From positions 3,584,001 to 3,648,000 of the forward strand of contig CBDCWI010000002.1 of the NCBI GenBank assembly GCA_965223325.1: a stretch of 64,000 nt of DNA, read 5' to 3'. Position 1 is the stretch's first letter. Every line of letters starts with the position of its first letter. The notes under the pieces are model-generated. The model did not search any database, was not told where the DNA came from, and worked only from the letters and a program-made list of their open reading frames with translations. The position numbers were made by a program, and so were the translations under genes. The DNA comes from Candidatus Multivoradales bacterium. Lineage in GTDB: Bacteria; Acidobacteriota; Thermoanaerobaculia; Multivoradales; Multivoraceae. This document shows positions 19,030 through 28,392 of the stretch, piece after piece.

Positions 19030-20964
19030 ATGATCCCAGTGTCCCCCGAGGTGGCGAAGCGCGCCCATGTGGCGAGCATCGAGCAGTACCGCGAGCTCTA
19101 CCAGCGTTCGATTGCCGAGTCCGAGGCCTTCTGGCTCGACCAGGCCGAGCGGCTCGACTGGTTCCAGCGCCCTGAGCGGGCCGGGCGATGGGACTTCACA
19201 GTGCCCGACTTCGCCTGGTTCGAAGGCGGGAAGCTCAACGCCTGCTACAACTGCGTCGATCGCCACGCCCAGAAGACTCCGGAGCAGACGGCGATCATCT
19301 GGGCTCGCGACGAGCCCGGCGAGTACGAACACATCTCCTATCTCGTGCTGCAGCGCCAAGTCTGCCGGCTCGCCAACGTGCTCACGGCGCACGGTGTCAC
19401 CGCGGGCGACCGCGTTTGCATTTATCTGCCGATGGTTCCCGAGCTTGCGTACACCATGCTGGCCTGCGCTCGAATCGGCGCCATCCACTCGGTGGTTTTC
19501 GCAGGCTTCTCGGCCGAGAGTCTCAAACAGCGCATCGTCGATGCGGAGTGCAAGGTCCTGGTGACGGCCAACGAAGGCCTGCGGGGTAGCAAGAAGATTC
19601 CGCTCAAGGCGATCGCCGACGAAGCGACCGAGGGCCTTGATGTCGTCGAGCGCGTGTTCGTCGTCGAGCGAACCGATCTCGAAGTTCCGATGCGGGATGG
19701 TCGCGACTTTTCGCTCGCCGCCGAAATGGCGAAGCAGCGCGCGACGGCGCCGGTGGCCTGGATGGACGCTGAGTCACCGCTGTTCGTGCTCTACACCTCT
19801 GGGTCGACCGGTCAGCCCAAGGGGGTCCTTCACACCACCGGCGGGTACATGACCTACACCGCGACCACCCACGAGATGGTCTTCGATCATCACGCCGAGG
19901 ACGACGTGTACTTCTGTGCCGCTGACATCGGTTGGATCACGGGTCATAGCTACATCATCTACGGTCCGCTCGCCAATGGGGCCACGACGGTAATGTTCGA
20001 GTCGGTGCCGACGTATCCCGATGCAGGTCGCTACTGGAAAGTCGTCGACGATCTCGAGGTCACGATCTTCTACACCGCTCCTACCGCGCTGCGAGCCATC
20101 GCTCGCGAGGGCGATGACTTCGTCACCAACGCTTCGCGCAAGAGCCTCAAGGTTCTCGGCACGGTTGGTGAGCCCATCAACCCAGAGGTCTGGGAGTGGT
20201 ACTGGCGCGTTGTCGGTGACGAGCGCTGCCCGGTGGTCGACACCTGGTGGCAAACCGAGACCGGTGGCATTCTCATTTCGCCGCTACCAGGGGCGACCCC
20301 GCTCGAACCAGGGTCGGCGACGCTGCCGCTGCCGGGAGTCGAGCCGGTGCTGATGGATCCCGACGGCAAGATCATCGAAGGCAACGACGTTTCTGGGAAT
20401 CTCTGTATGGCGCGCTCCTGGCCAGGCCAGGCGCGCACCATTTATGGTGATCACGAACGCTTCGCACAGGTGTACTTTTCGACCTACCCGGGCTACTACT
20501 TCACCGGTGACGGCTGCCGGCGCGACGAGAACGGCTACTACTGGATCACTGGCCGAGTCGACGACGTGCTCAATGTTTCGGGCCACCGCATGGGCACCGC
20601 CGAGGTCGAAAGTGCACTCGTCGAGCACGAGGCGGTGGCCGAGGCCGCCGTGGTGGGCTTCCCGCACGAGATCAAAGGCGAGGGGATCTTTGCCTACGTC
20701 ATTGTTGGTCATGACCACGAGGACGATGACCCAGAGGAGCTAACTGATGTGTTGAGGCGTCAGGTGCGCAAAGTCATCGGACCGATCGCAACGCCTGATC
20801 GCATTCAGGTAGCACCTGGTCTTCCCAAAACGCGCTCGGGGAAGATCATGCGGCGCATTCTGCGCAAGATCGCTGCAGGTGAGTACGACCAGCTTGGCGA
20901 CACAACGACCCTGGCTGACCCAAGCGTCGTCGAGCGGCTGGTGGACGACCACAAAAAGGGTTGA
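19030..20964 (+). CDS. acs: Acetyl-CoA synthetase
   Basis: [58 protein letters not shown]. Confidence 0.97.
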   Translation: MIPVSPEVAKRAHVASIEQYRELYQRSIAESEAFWLDQAERLDWFQRPERAGRWDFTVPDFAWFEGGKLNACYNCVDRHAQKTPEQTAIIWARDEPGEYEHISYLVLQRQVCRLANVLTAHGVTAGDRVCIYLPMVPELAYTMLACARIGAIHSVVFAGFSAESLKQRIVDAECKVLVTANEGLRGSKKIPLKAIADEATEGLDVVERVFVVERTDLEVPMRDGRDFSLAAEMAKQRATAPVAWMDAESPLFVLYTSGSTGQPKGVLHTTGGYMTYTATTHEMVFDHHAEDDVYFCAADIGWITGHSYIIYGPLANGATTVMFESVPTYPDAGRYWKVVDDLEVTIFYTAPTALRAIAREGDDFVTNASRKSLKVLGTVGEPINPEVWEWYWRVVGDERCPVVDTWWQTETGGILISPLPGATPLEPGSATLPLPGVEPVLMDPDGKIIEGNDVSGNLCMARSWPGQARTIYGDHERFAQVYFSTYPGYYFTGDGCRRDENGYYWITGRVDDVLNVSGHRMGTAEVESALVEHEAVAEAAVVGFPHEIKGEGIFAYVIVGHDHEDDDPEELTDVLRRQVRKVIGPIATPDRIQVAPGLPKTRSGKIMRRILRKIAAGEYDQLGDTTTLADPSVVERLVDDHKKG

Positions 20965-21291
20965 GCCGCGCCGACGGACAGCGTTCTGCCCAGGCGGGAG
21001 AAAACGTTCGGCTTCGCGGAACATATCGACCGACCATCGATACCTGAGGCTTGACACGTTTCGGCTAGGAGCGGTGCGCGCTCGCCTCCTCCAGAATCTC
21101 TTTCGACTGGGAATCCCGGGGCACGATCGCCCCGTTCCAAGGCACTCCAACCGTAAAGCCCGTGTTGTCTCGGTGCGTTGGGCGTGATACATCCTGTGAC
21201 CTGCTTTAGCAGCAGCCAGACTTTCAGTCGTCGCTAAATGCGGCGGCGCAGAGACGTCGCGAAACACGGGAGGTGTCCCATGCCCTTCTAC

Positions 21292-21456
21292 CTAGTACTC
21301 CGTACCATTGAAACGGATAGTGACTGAGCGGATGATCGTGCTCGAGATCAAGGCGTCACGACGCAGGCATATGGTGATCTGTCGAGGAGTGACAACACAG
21401 AGATCGAGCGCGAGGACCGCGCAGACGCTGTGCGTTTCAATGGTACGGGGTACTAG
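21292..21456. mobile_element. Miniature inverted-repeat element (MITE-like), CTAG/TA-flanked
   Basis: CTAGTACTCCGTACCATTGAAACG (21292-21315) and CGTTTCAATGGTACGGGGTACTAG (21433-21456) are 24-bp inverted repeats with 1 mismatch; no transposase inside. Confidence 0.75.
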
Positions 21457-21584
21457 AGCCCCCTGTGGGGGGAGGTCGGTGCAACCGCCGTTTCGGCAAT
21501 CGCCCGACTCCTCTTCGTGACGTCTGTGTTTTCTCGGACAGAACGTAGTTCGAGCGACTGGCGCACGGGGGTAGGCTCAGCCCT

Positions 21585-22046
21585 GTGTTGCACATCTTTG
21601 TCGATGCGGATGCGTGTCCAGTCAAGCAGGAGACCTACCGAGTAGCAGGCCGCTATGGTCTCGAGGTCACGCTGGTCGCGAACTCCTGGATAGAGACCCC
21701 CGTCGAGGACTGGATTCACCTCGAAGTGGTTCGCGACGGCTTCGACGCGGCCGACGAGTGGATCATCGAGCGCGTCAGCAAAGACGACATTGTCGTGACG
21801 GCCGACGTTCCTCTCGCTAGCCGGGCGGTGGCCCAGGGTGCCGAGGTCACCAGTCCCAGCGGGCGCCGGTTCACAGAGGAAAACATCGGCGATGCGCTAG
21901 CGACGCGTGACCTCTTGACTGAGCTACGCATTGGCGGCCAACGCACCAGCGGCCCTCCGCCGTTTTCCCGGCGTGACCGATCGCAGTTTCTCCAGACGCT
22001 CGACCAGCTCATCCAGGCCGTGCGCAAGCGGCACGGGCTCAACTGA
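21585..22046 (+). CDS. yaiI: YaiI/YqxD (UPF0178) family protein
   Basis: IFVDADACPVK, DAADEWI, DIVVTADVPLA, GPPPFSRRDRSQFLQTLD. Confidence 0.92.
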   Translation: MLHIFVDADACPVKQETYRVAGRYGLEVTLVANSWIETPVEDWIHLEVVRDGFDAADEWIIERVSKDDIVVTADVPLASRAVAQGAEVTSPSGRRFTEENIGDALATRDLLTELRIGGQRTSGPPPFSRRDRSQFLQTLDQLIQAVRKRHGLN

Positions 22047-22070
22047 GCTCGTCCGTTGCCCCCCGGGGTC

Positions 22071-22313
22071 TCAATCGACCTCGAGCACTGAATCGGTCGC
22101 CGTGTCACGCGTCACAGTGCACCAGCGCCGGCATCCAAAGGCGTGGAACCAGCGTTCCTGGACGGGCCCCTGGACGTTTGAATGCATGAAGCCGCGGTAG
22201 AGGTCGCGCTGGTCGGGGTCTGTCAGCGTTTTGGGAACGACCGGCACTTCACCGTAGGCGAACTCGTGCACCGGGCGACTTCCGCACTGTGGGCATTCGA
22301 TCCAGAGACTCAT
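22071..22313 (-). CDS. soxD: Sarcosine oxidase-like delta subunit
   Basis: IECPQCGSRPVHEFAYG...ERWFHAFGCRRW zinc-binding pattern of SoxD; start trimmed to ATG 22313. Confidence 0.88.
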   Translation of the reverse strand: MSLWIECPQCGSRPVHEFAYGEVPVVPKTLTDPDQRDLYRGFMHSNVQGPVQERWFHAFGCRRWCTVTRDTATDSVLEVD

Positions 22314-22329
22314 TGTGGGCGCGTCCTCC

Positions 22330-23538
22330 TCAGTGGGTTCCAGCCGAACCGCGGTCGGCGAGGGTGCGATCGCGCGCAAACCGGTCGAGGGCAAACGGTG
22401 CGATGAGCGGCGGCGCTTTGCCGTCGTTGATGTGTCGCGCCATCTGTTCGCCGCCAGCGGGAATCGCTTTGAACCCCCAGGTGCCCCAGCCGGTCGTCAC
22501 CAGGAAACCAGGAACACCGGTTTCGCCAAGGATGGGCGAATAGTCGGGGCTCATGTCGCAAACACCGGTCCACTGCCGGAGCACGCGAAGGTCGCGAAGA
22601 AACGGTAACAGGGTCATTGCCCGACAGGCGCAGTTCTGCAGGAACGTGTGGTCGGAGCGGTACGAGTAGCTTGGCTGGCGGTCGATCTCAGCGCCCATCA
22701 ACATCTCGCCGCGCGCGGTTTGTGAGGCGTAGAAGAGTAGGTCCGAGGAGCTGACGAGTGCGTCGAACTGCAGTTGGTAGTGGTTGGTCACGAACGCCTG
22801 CAACGGGTGAGTGCGGATGGGAAGCATCACACCAGCCATCGTCGCCAGATTGGTGACATGGCCGCCGACCGCAGAAAGAACGACTCCGGCTCCAATCGAA
22901 CCGTTCGGTGTCTCCACGCCGGTGATGCGGTCGCCACTCTTGGTGAGTCCCGTGACCGGAAGGCGCTGGGCGACGTCGATGCCCTCAGCCATCGCCCCCT
23001 CGGCGTACGCCCACACCACACGATCGTGGCGGGCCGTCGCGCCCGGGGCGTGGAACGTGCCGCCCAGAATGGGCCACTTGCCGCCACCTGAAAGGTCGAG
23101 CTGCGGACAAATCTCGGCGATCTCTCGCGGTTCGACGAACTCCGTTTGCGCTCCGCAGGCGGTGTTGATCTCGGCCCGCGCGCGCTCGGCATCGACTCCC
23201 GCCTGGCTGTGCGCGAGCCACAGGAGACCCTTCGGCCGGTGCATCAAATCGCAGCCGGTCTCGTCTTCGAGGTCGCGGTAGAGGTCGACACTGTGTTGGT
23301 AGAAGCGCACCGCTTCGGGAATGCCGTAGTTCGAACGAATGACGGTCGTGTTGCGGCCCGAGTTGCCGCCGCCGATGTAGCTCTGCTCGAGAACCAGGAC
23401 GTCGGTGATGCCATGCCGCTTCGCCAGGTAGTAGGCGGTGGCCAGGCCATGGCCGCCGCCGCCAACGATCACGACGTCGTAGTTCTTTCGCGGCTCGCGC
23501 CACCGGAGCCGGACCTTCTTCTCCATGTAGGGGTTCAT
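22330..23538 (-). CDS. soxB: Sarcosine oxidase-like beta subunit (FAD-dependent)
   Basis: YDVVIVGGGGHGLATAYYLAK, GGGNSGRNTTVIRSNY, ARHDRVVWAYA, PLQAFVT, GWGTWGFKA. Confidence 0.92.
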   Translation of the reverse strand: MNPYMEKKVRLRWREPRKNYDVVIVGGGGHGLATAYYLAKRHGITDVLVLEQSYIGGGNSGRNTTVIRSNYGIPEAVRFYQHSVDLYRDLEDETGCDLMHRPKGLLWLAHSQAGVDAERARAEINTACGAQTEFVEPREIAEICPQLDLSGGGKWPILGGTFHAPGATARHDRVVWAYAEGAMAEGIDVAQRLPVTGLTKSGDRITGVETPNGSIGAGVVLSAVGGHVTNLATMAGVMLPIRTHPLQAFVTNHYQLQFDALVSSSDLLFYASQTARGEMLMGAEIDRQPSYSYRSDHTFLQNCACRAMTLLPFLRDLRVLRQWTGVCDMSPDYSPILGETGVPGFLVTTGWGTWGFKAIPAGGEQMARHINDGKAPPLIAPFALDRFARDRTLADRGSAGTH

Positions 23539-26327
23539 CGCTCGACCTCGATGCGCTCGCTGAGCGCGGCGGCGAAGGCGTGTGCGACGAGCAACAGGAC
23601 TCGCCGTTCTTCGAACCAGATCTTGACCGGGATCCCGGCCAGCGCACCCTGGGCGAAGGCCGGCCGTCCTTGAGGCGGCCGCCATTCCGCACAGCGCGCG
23701 ATCACCTCCTCGGCGTGCGCTGGGTCGAGCCACAGGCCATCGATTCCGGTCTCGCGAATCATGAGATGGTGCGGGTCGGCGGAACTCAGGTCTTCGACTG
23801 CCACGGCGAGGTCCACCTGCCAGGAGTCGGCCGGGCTCTGTGGCTCGAGAAAGAGCAGCTCATCGCGGGCACAGCGGAGTACCAGCGGACCCTGGGCGCG
23901 ATCTCTGGAGGTTTCTCGAGCCGCCAACAGCGCCGCCAGGCGCTCGAGTGCCTCCGGCTTTGCGACCACTCGCCAACCGAGGAGTGGCTCGAATGGTGTT
24001 GGCGCCGTTCGCTCCACATCGTTCAGAACAGGGGGTCGCGCGCCGGCCTGCCGGGCCGCGCTGGCCGTCTGGTCGAGGTCGATGGGTGCGCGGGCGCGGC
24101 GCCCCTTGGGGTCGTAGAACGGCGGGTCGACCCGCCGCGCATCGCGCCCGTCGATGACTACTGAGTCTGGAAGACGACCATCTCTGAGCTCGAGCCAACC
24201 GAGCATCACCGCGTGTCCGAGGACGAGAGAGTCGGTGCTCGAAGTGACGTGCCCCAGATGCTCGCCGTCGGTTGACCGGATGACGGCTCCCTCGATTGGT
24301 GCGGGTGACTCCATCTCGAAGCCGGTCAGTTGCCGGTCGAGCGGAATCTCATTGGTGCGCAGGATGGCCTGCCGGCCGACGAAGTCTTCCTTCGCCAGCG
24401 AGACCGCCCACTCGTGGGCGAGGCGCCGCGGTGTCGAGTCGAAGTCGGTATCGCGGCCAACGATCAGGTGACCCTTCTCGAGCCGCAGGCGGAGGAGTGC
24501 ATCGAACCCATGCGCCCGCACTCCGAGATCCGCGCCGAGCGCCAGCAGCTGCCGCCAGAGCGCCACCGAGTCGCTGACTGCGTGATGGAGCTCGAACGAG
24601 ACTTCGCCCGAGAAGCTCAACCGATAGACGCGGCACGCGATCCCACAGACCTCGAGATCGAGCTGACCGAGAAAGCGCGGCAGTTCGGCCACGCCGGCGC
24701 GTGCGAGAAGCTCAGCCGTTCGAGGACCGGTGACGTTGATCGCTCCCAGCGACTGGGTCTGGTTGAGGATGTGGACATCGAACGGGCCGGACTCTGCCCA
24801 ATCGCGCAACCAGGCTTCGCCGTGGTTCGAGCCGCCGGTAGTGAGCGACAGCATGAAGCGGTTGTTCCCGTCTCTAGAGATCATGCCGTCGTCGATTACG
24901 TACCCGCGCTCGTCGAGAAGCAGGACATAGCGCGAGCGGCCGACTTCGAGTGTACTGATCTTCGTTGGGTAGACCTTCTCCAGAAAGGCCTCGGCGTCCG
25001 GCCCTGCGACCTGTAGCTTGCCGAGCGTGCTCACGTCGCCAACCGATACGGCTTCGCGAACGGCCCGCATTTCAGCGGCGGTGTCACCGTAGTCGTAGGG
25101 CCGCCACCAGCCACCAGTGCGCTCCATGCGGGCGCCCAGGCGCAGGTGTTCTTCGTGGAGCGGCGTGCGCTGGGTGGGTGCCAACCAGGAGCCGGCGGCG
25201 ATCTCACCGAGGGTCAGCTGCCGGGTGACCGGTCGGGCGGTGAACGGCGGCTGGAGCTCCTGCCCGCGTTCTTCGAGGTAGGAGCGGATGTACGGAAGGC
25301 AGGCGGCACCTTGGCAGGTTCCGGTTCCGGCGAGGGTGGCGCGTTTGACCAGCTCGAGCTCGCGGAAACCACGCTCCCAGACACTTCCGAGATCGGCGAC
25401 CGAGACGCCAATGCACGTGCAGACGATTCCCTGTCGTGGGCACGGAGGGATCTCCGACTGGATCGCCGCGTCGCCCACCGCTCGGATGGCGAGACCGTTG
25501 CCCATCCGAAACAGGGCGTCGCGCGGGTGGAGGCCGAGTCCCACAACCAGGGTGTCGCAGGCGACCATGGTTGTCGTGCCGTCGGGAGCTTCAATCGAGG
25601 CTGCACCGAGACCGTTCGCTCCCCAGGGTGAAGCCGTCGAGGTCGCCGCCTCCGGGGTGCGCGGTAACACCTCGACCAGACGCCCCGCGTACGTCTCGGC
25701 CTCGACTCCTCGAGGCGGCTTGCCCAGAGCAACGACGCGCCCGAGCTCAACTCCTGCGGCGGCAAGCTGTTCGGCCGCACGAGTGGTCAGGAGCCCGGCG
25801 TGCTCGGTGCCGGGCGCCACCGGCTGAATCTCAGCCGCGCCAGTGGCCACGATCACACTCTGGTCGACATGAACGACGAGAACCTCGTCATCGGTCCGGG
25901 CCACAACCTTGGGGCCGGCGTAGATGCCAACGATCTCCTGCCCGTTGTTGGCGTCGAGACCGATGACGCGGTGGCCGGCGGCCTCCTCGGCCTCGAGCGC
26001 CGCTCGGCCGGCTTCCCCGAGCCCCAGGACCGCCACCTCGCAGTGCAGGTGGCGAGCAGGAGTACGTGCCGCCGGCTCGCTCTGGTCGCGGATCAGGGGA
26101 GGGTGCGCGCCGGCTGAGTGATCGGTCGTGACGACCTGCCCCTTCTTCGCCGGGGTCTGGCAGGAGCGGATGTACCCCACGCCATCGACGCTCACCAGAC
26201 AGTGCCCGCAGTCGCCGGCAAGACAAAGGCAGCCGCCCCCGGTGGGGTGCAGGCCGGCCCGCAGCAGTGCCAGTAGGACCGAGTCGCCGGGTCGGAAAGG
26301 GACTGGAGTGCCGTCGACGCTGAGCAT
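23535..26327 (-). CDS. soxA: Sarcosine oxidase-like alpha subunit: 2Fe-2S domain, short Rossmann-like region, BFD-like Cys cluster, GcvT-like folate-binding domain, C-terminal extension
   Basis: CLCLAGDCGHC...SCQT, VCTC...GTGTCQGAAC, RTPLHEEH, DVSTLGKLQVAGPDA, SFSGEVSFELH, LRLEKG; overlaps the soxB start. Confidence 0.8.
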   Translation of the reverse strand: MLSVDGTPVPFRPGDSVLLALLRAGLHPTGGGCLCLAGDCGHCLVSVDGVGYIRSCQTPAKKGQVVTTDHSAGAHPPLIRDQSEPAARTPARHLHCEVAVLGLGEAGRAALEAEEAAGHRVIGLDANNGQEIVGIYAGPKVVARTDDEVLVVHVDQSVIVATGAAEIQPVAPGTEHAGLLTTRAAEQLAAAGVELGRVVALGKPPRGVEAETYAGRLVEVLPRTPEAATSTASPWGANGLGAASIEAPDGTTTMVACDTLVVGLGLHPRDALFRMGNGLAIRAVGDAAIQSEIPPCPRQGIVCTCIGVSVADLGSVWERGFRELELVKRATLAGTGTCQGAACLPYIRSYLEERGQELQPPFTARPVTRQLTLGEIAAGSWLAPTQRTPLHEEHLRLGARMERTGGWWRPYDYGDTAAEMRAVREAVSVGDVSTLGKLQVAGPDAEAFLEKVYPTKISTLEVGRSRYVLLLDERGYVIDDGMISRDGNNRFMLSLTTGGSNHGEAWLRDWAESGPFDVHILNQTQSLGAINVTGPRTAELLARAGVAELPRFLGQLDLEVCGIACRVYRLSFSGEVSFELHHAVSDSVALWRQLLALGADLGVRAHGFDALLRLRLEKGHLIVGRDTDFDSTPRRLAHEWAVSLAKEDFVGRQAILRTNEIPLDRQLTGFEMESPAPIEGAVIRSTDGEHLGHVTSSTDSLVLGHAVMLGWLELRDGRLPDSVVIDGRDARRVDPPFYDPKGRRARAPIDLDQTASAARQAGARPPVLNDVERTAPTPFEPLLGWRVVAKPEALERLAALLAARETSRDRAQGPLVLRCARDELLFLEPQSPADSWQVDLAVAVEDLSSADPHHLMIRETGIDGLWLDPAHAEEVIARCAEWRPPQGRPAFAQGALAGIPVKIWFEERRVLLLVAHAFAAALSERIEVER

Positions 26328-26356
26328 TTGGCCCGCAAGTTACCGCGTCGAACGAA

Positions 26357-26378
26357 TATTTGCTATTTGCTATATAAT
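26357..26378 (+). promoter_or_regulatory. AT-rich promoter patch between the divergent sox operon and phosphatase gene
   Basis: TATTTGC-TATTTGC direct repeat followed by a perfect TATAAT (26373-26378) in an otherwise GC-rich background. Confidence 0.45.
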
Positions 26379-26442
26379 CATCTTTTGGTTCAGTGACCTC
26401 TCGAGGGAGGTCGTTTGATGCTCTTCTTTTTCAGGGAGTCTG

Positions 26443-28383
26443 ATGATGTCAACCCCCCGCACACAGTTCCCACGGACCAATCGATCTCCTCGAGTCGCCC
26501 AACCGGCAGCGCTCGCTCTTCTGGTCGCCTTCCTGGTGCTCCCTGCCGCGGGGCCAGCCTTTGCGGCTGGGGAGGTGCTCATCGCCCGTGGTGCCGCCTG
26601 GTCCTACCTCGACGACGGGTCCGACCAGGGCAGTGCCTGGAGGGCGCCGGCCTTCGACGACTCCTCCTGGGCCGTCGGACACGCGGAGCTCGGCTACGGC
26701 GACGACGACGAGTACACCGTCATCAGCTATGGCGATGACCCGAACGCCAAACACATCACCGCCTACTTTCGCCACCAGTTCGAGATCCCAGACCCGTCGG
26801 CCTGGACGGGCCTCGAGCTTCTCCTGCTGCGCGACGATGGTGCGGTCGTCTACCTGAACGGCACCGAAGTCCGGCGCGACAACCTACCGGCGGGCGAGAT
26901 CGCCTACGACACGGAGGCATCGGGTGCGGACGGTGAGTCCGACTTCCACTCGTCGAACATTCCGGCGGCTCTTCTGGTGGCCGGCAGCAACGTGATCGCA
27001 GTTGAAGTCCACCAGTCGAATGATTCAAGTTCAGACACCAGCTTCGATCTCGAGCTCATCGGGACAGGGCCAGGAGCGCCCGAGAGTCTTCTGCGCGGCC
27101 CCTACCTGCAGCTGGTCTCGCCGACGGAGGTCACGGTGCGCTGGCGGACCTCGAACACCGAGCTCGGGCGAGTTCGTTATGGCTCGAGCCCTACGACGCA
27201 CGACAGCTGGCTCGACGAAGTTTCCGCTGGGGCTGACCACGAGGTGCGTTTGACGGGGCTCACCCCTGCCACTCGCTATTACTACTCGGTGGGCACGCCA
27301 GACGATCCGCTGGTTGGTGATCACCGCCACTGGTTCGAAACCGCGCCGAGCGTCGGCGACAGCGGTCCGCGGCGTTTCTGGGTCCTCGGCGACTCGGGAA
27401 CCGGCGATTCAGATGCGTTGCGCGTCAAGAGTGCCTATCTGAATCTCACGGCTGCGCGGCCGGCCGACCTGCTCTTGCTGCTCGGCGACAACGCCTACCC
27501 TGATGGCACCGACGAGGAGTATCAGGAGGCCTTCTTCGAGATCTACCCAGAGGTCCTGCGGACGACCCCGGCATTCTCGACCATCGGGAATCACGAACTT
27601 CTGAGCTCCGACTCAGAAAGCGAAAGCGGTCCCTACTACGAGATTTTCACTTTGCCGCGCCAGGCCGAAGCGGGCGGCGTTGCCTCGGGCACCGAGGCCT
27701 ACTACTCCTTCGACTACGGCAACGTGCACTTCGTTTGTCTCGATACTCAAGGCAGCGACAACGACTACGACGGCCCGATGCTGACCTGGTTGCACGACGA
27801 CCTGGCCGCGGCGGACGCCGACTGGGTGATCGCCTTCTTTCACCATCCGCCCTACAGCAAGGGTAGTCACGATTCCGACGACAGCAGCGGGCTGATCGAT
27901 GCGCGTGAGCTCATCCTGCCGATTCTCGAAGACTACGGAGTCGATCTGGTGATGGCGGGGCATAGCCATTCCTACGAGCGCAGCATGTTGATCGATGGCC
28001 ACTACGGCGCCTCCTCGAGCCTGTCGTCGAAGATGATCCTCGACAATGGTGACGGCGACCCCACCGGGGACGGCGCCTACGCCAAAGACTCGGCTGGTCT
28101 GGCGGCCCACGAGGGCGCGGTTTTCGTGGTCGCTGGAAGTTCGGGCAAGACCAGCAGTTCTGGAGATCTCGACCACCCGGTGATGGTGAGGGGGCTCGAA
28201 GAGCTGGGTTCGGTTCTGATCGACGTCGAGGGGCGCACGCTCGATGCGCAGTTCATCTCGGACACCGGTGCCGTCCTGGATTCGTTTCGCATCGAGAAGG
28301 CTGGCGGAAGCGTCTTGTTTCGCGACGACTTCGAAAGTAGCTCTACGATCTCCTGGACCCACTTCGTTCCGATTGTGCACTGA
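26443..28383 (+). CDS. Secreted purple acid phosphatase-type metallophosphoesterase with N-terminal beta-sandwich and FN3-like domains
   Basis: Signal peptide ending AFA; LRGPYLQ; metallophosphoesterase motifs GDSG, LGDNAY, GNHE, HHPPY, GHSHSYERS; C-terminal LFRDDFES...W tail. Confidence 0.88.
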   Translation: MMSTPRTQFPRTNRSPRVAQPAALALLVAFLVLPAAGPAFAAGEVLIARGAAWSYLDDGSDQGSAWRAPAFDDSSWAVGHAELGYGDDDEYTVISYGDDPNAKHITAYFRHQFEIPDPSAWTGLELLLLRDDGAVVYLNGTEVRRDNLPAGEIAYDTEASGADGESDFHSSNIPAALLVAGSNVIAVEVHQSNDSSSDTSFDLELIGTGPGAPESLLRGPYLQLVSPTEVTVRWRTSNTELGRVRYGSSPTTHDSWLDEVSAGADHEVRLTGLTPATRYYYSVGTPDDPLVGDHRHWFETAPSVGDSGPRRFWVLGDSGTGDSDALRVKSAYLNLTAARPADLLLLLGDNAYPDGTDEEYQEAFFEIYPEVLRTTPAFSTIGNHELLSSDSESESGPYYEIFTLPRQAEAGGVASGTEAYYSFDYGNVHFVCLDTQGSDNDYDGPMLTWLHDDLAAADADWVIAFFHHPPYSKGSHDSDDSSGLIDARELILPILEDYGVDLVMAGHSHSYERSMLIDGHYGASSSLSSKMILDNGDGDPTGDGAYAKDSAGLAAHEGAVFVVAGSSGKTSSSGDLDHPVMVRGLEELGSVLIDVEGRTLDAQFISDTGAVLDSFRIEKAGGSVLFRDDFESSSTISWTHFVPIVH

Positions 28384-28392
28384 GCGACCGCC

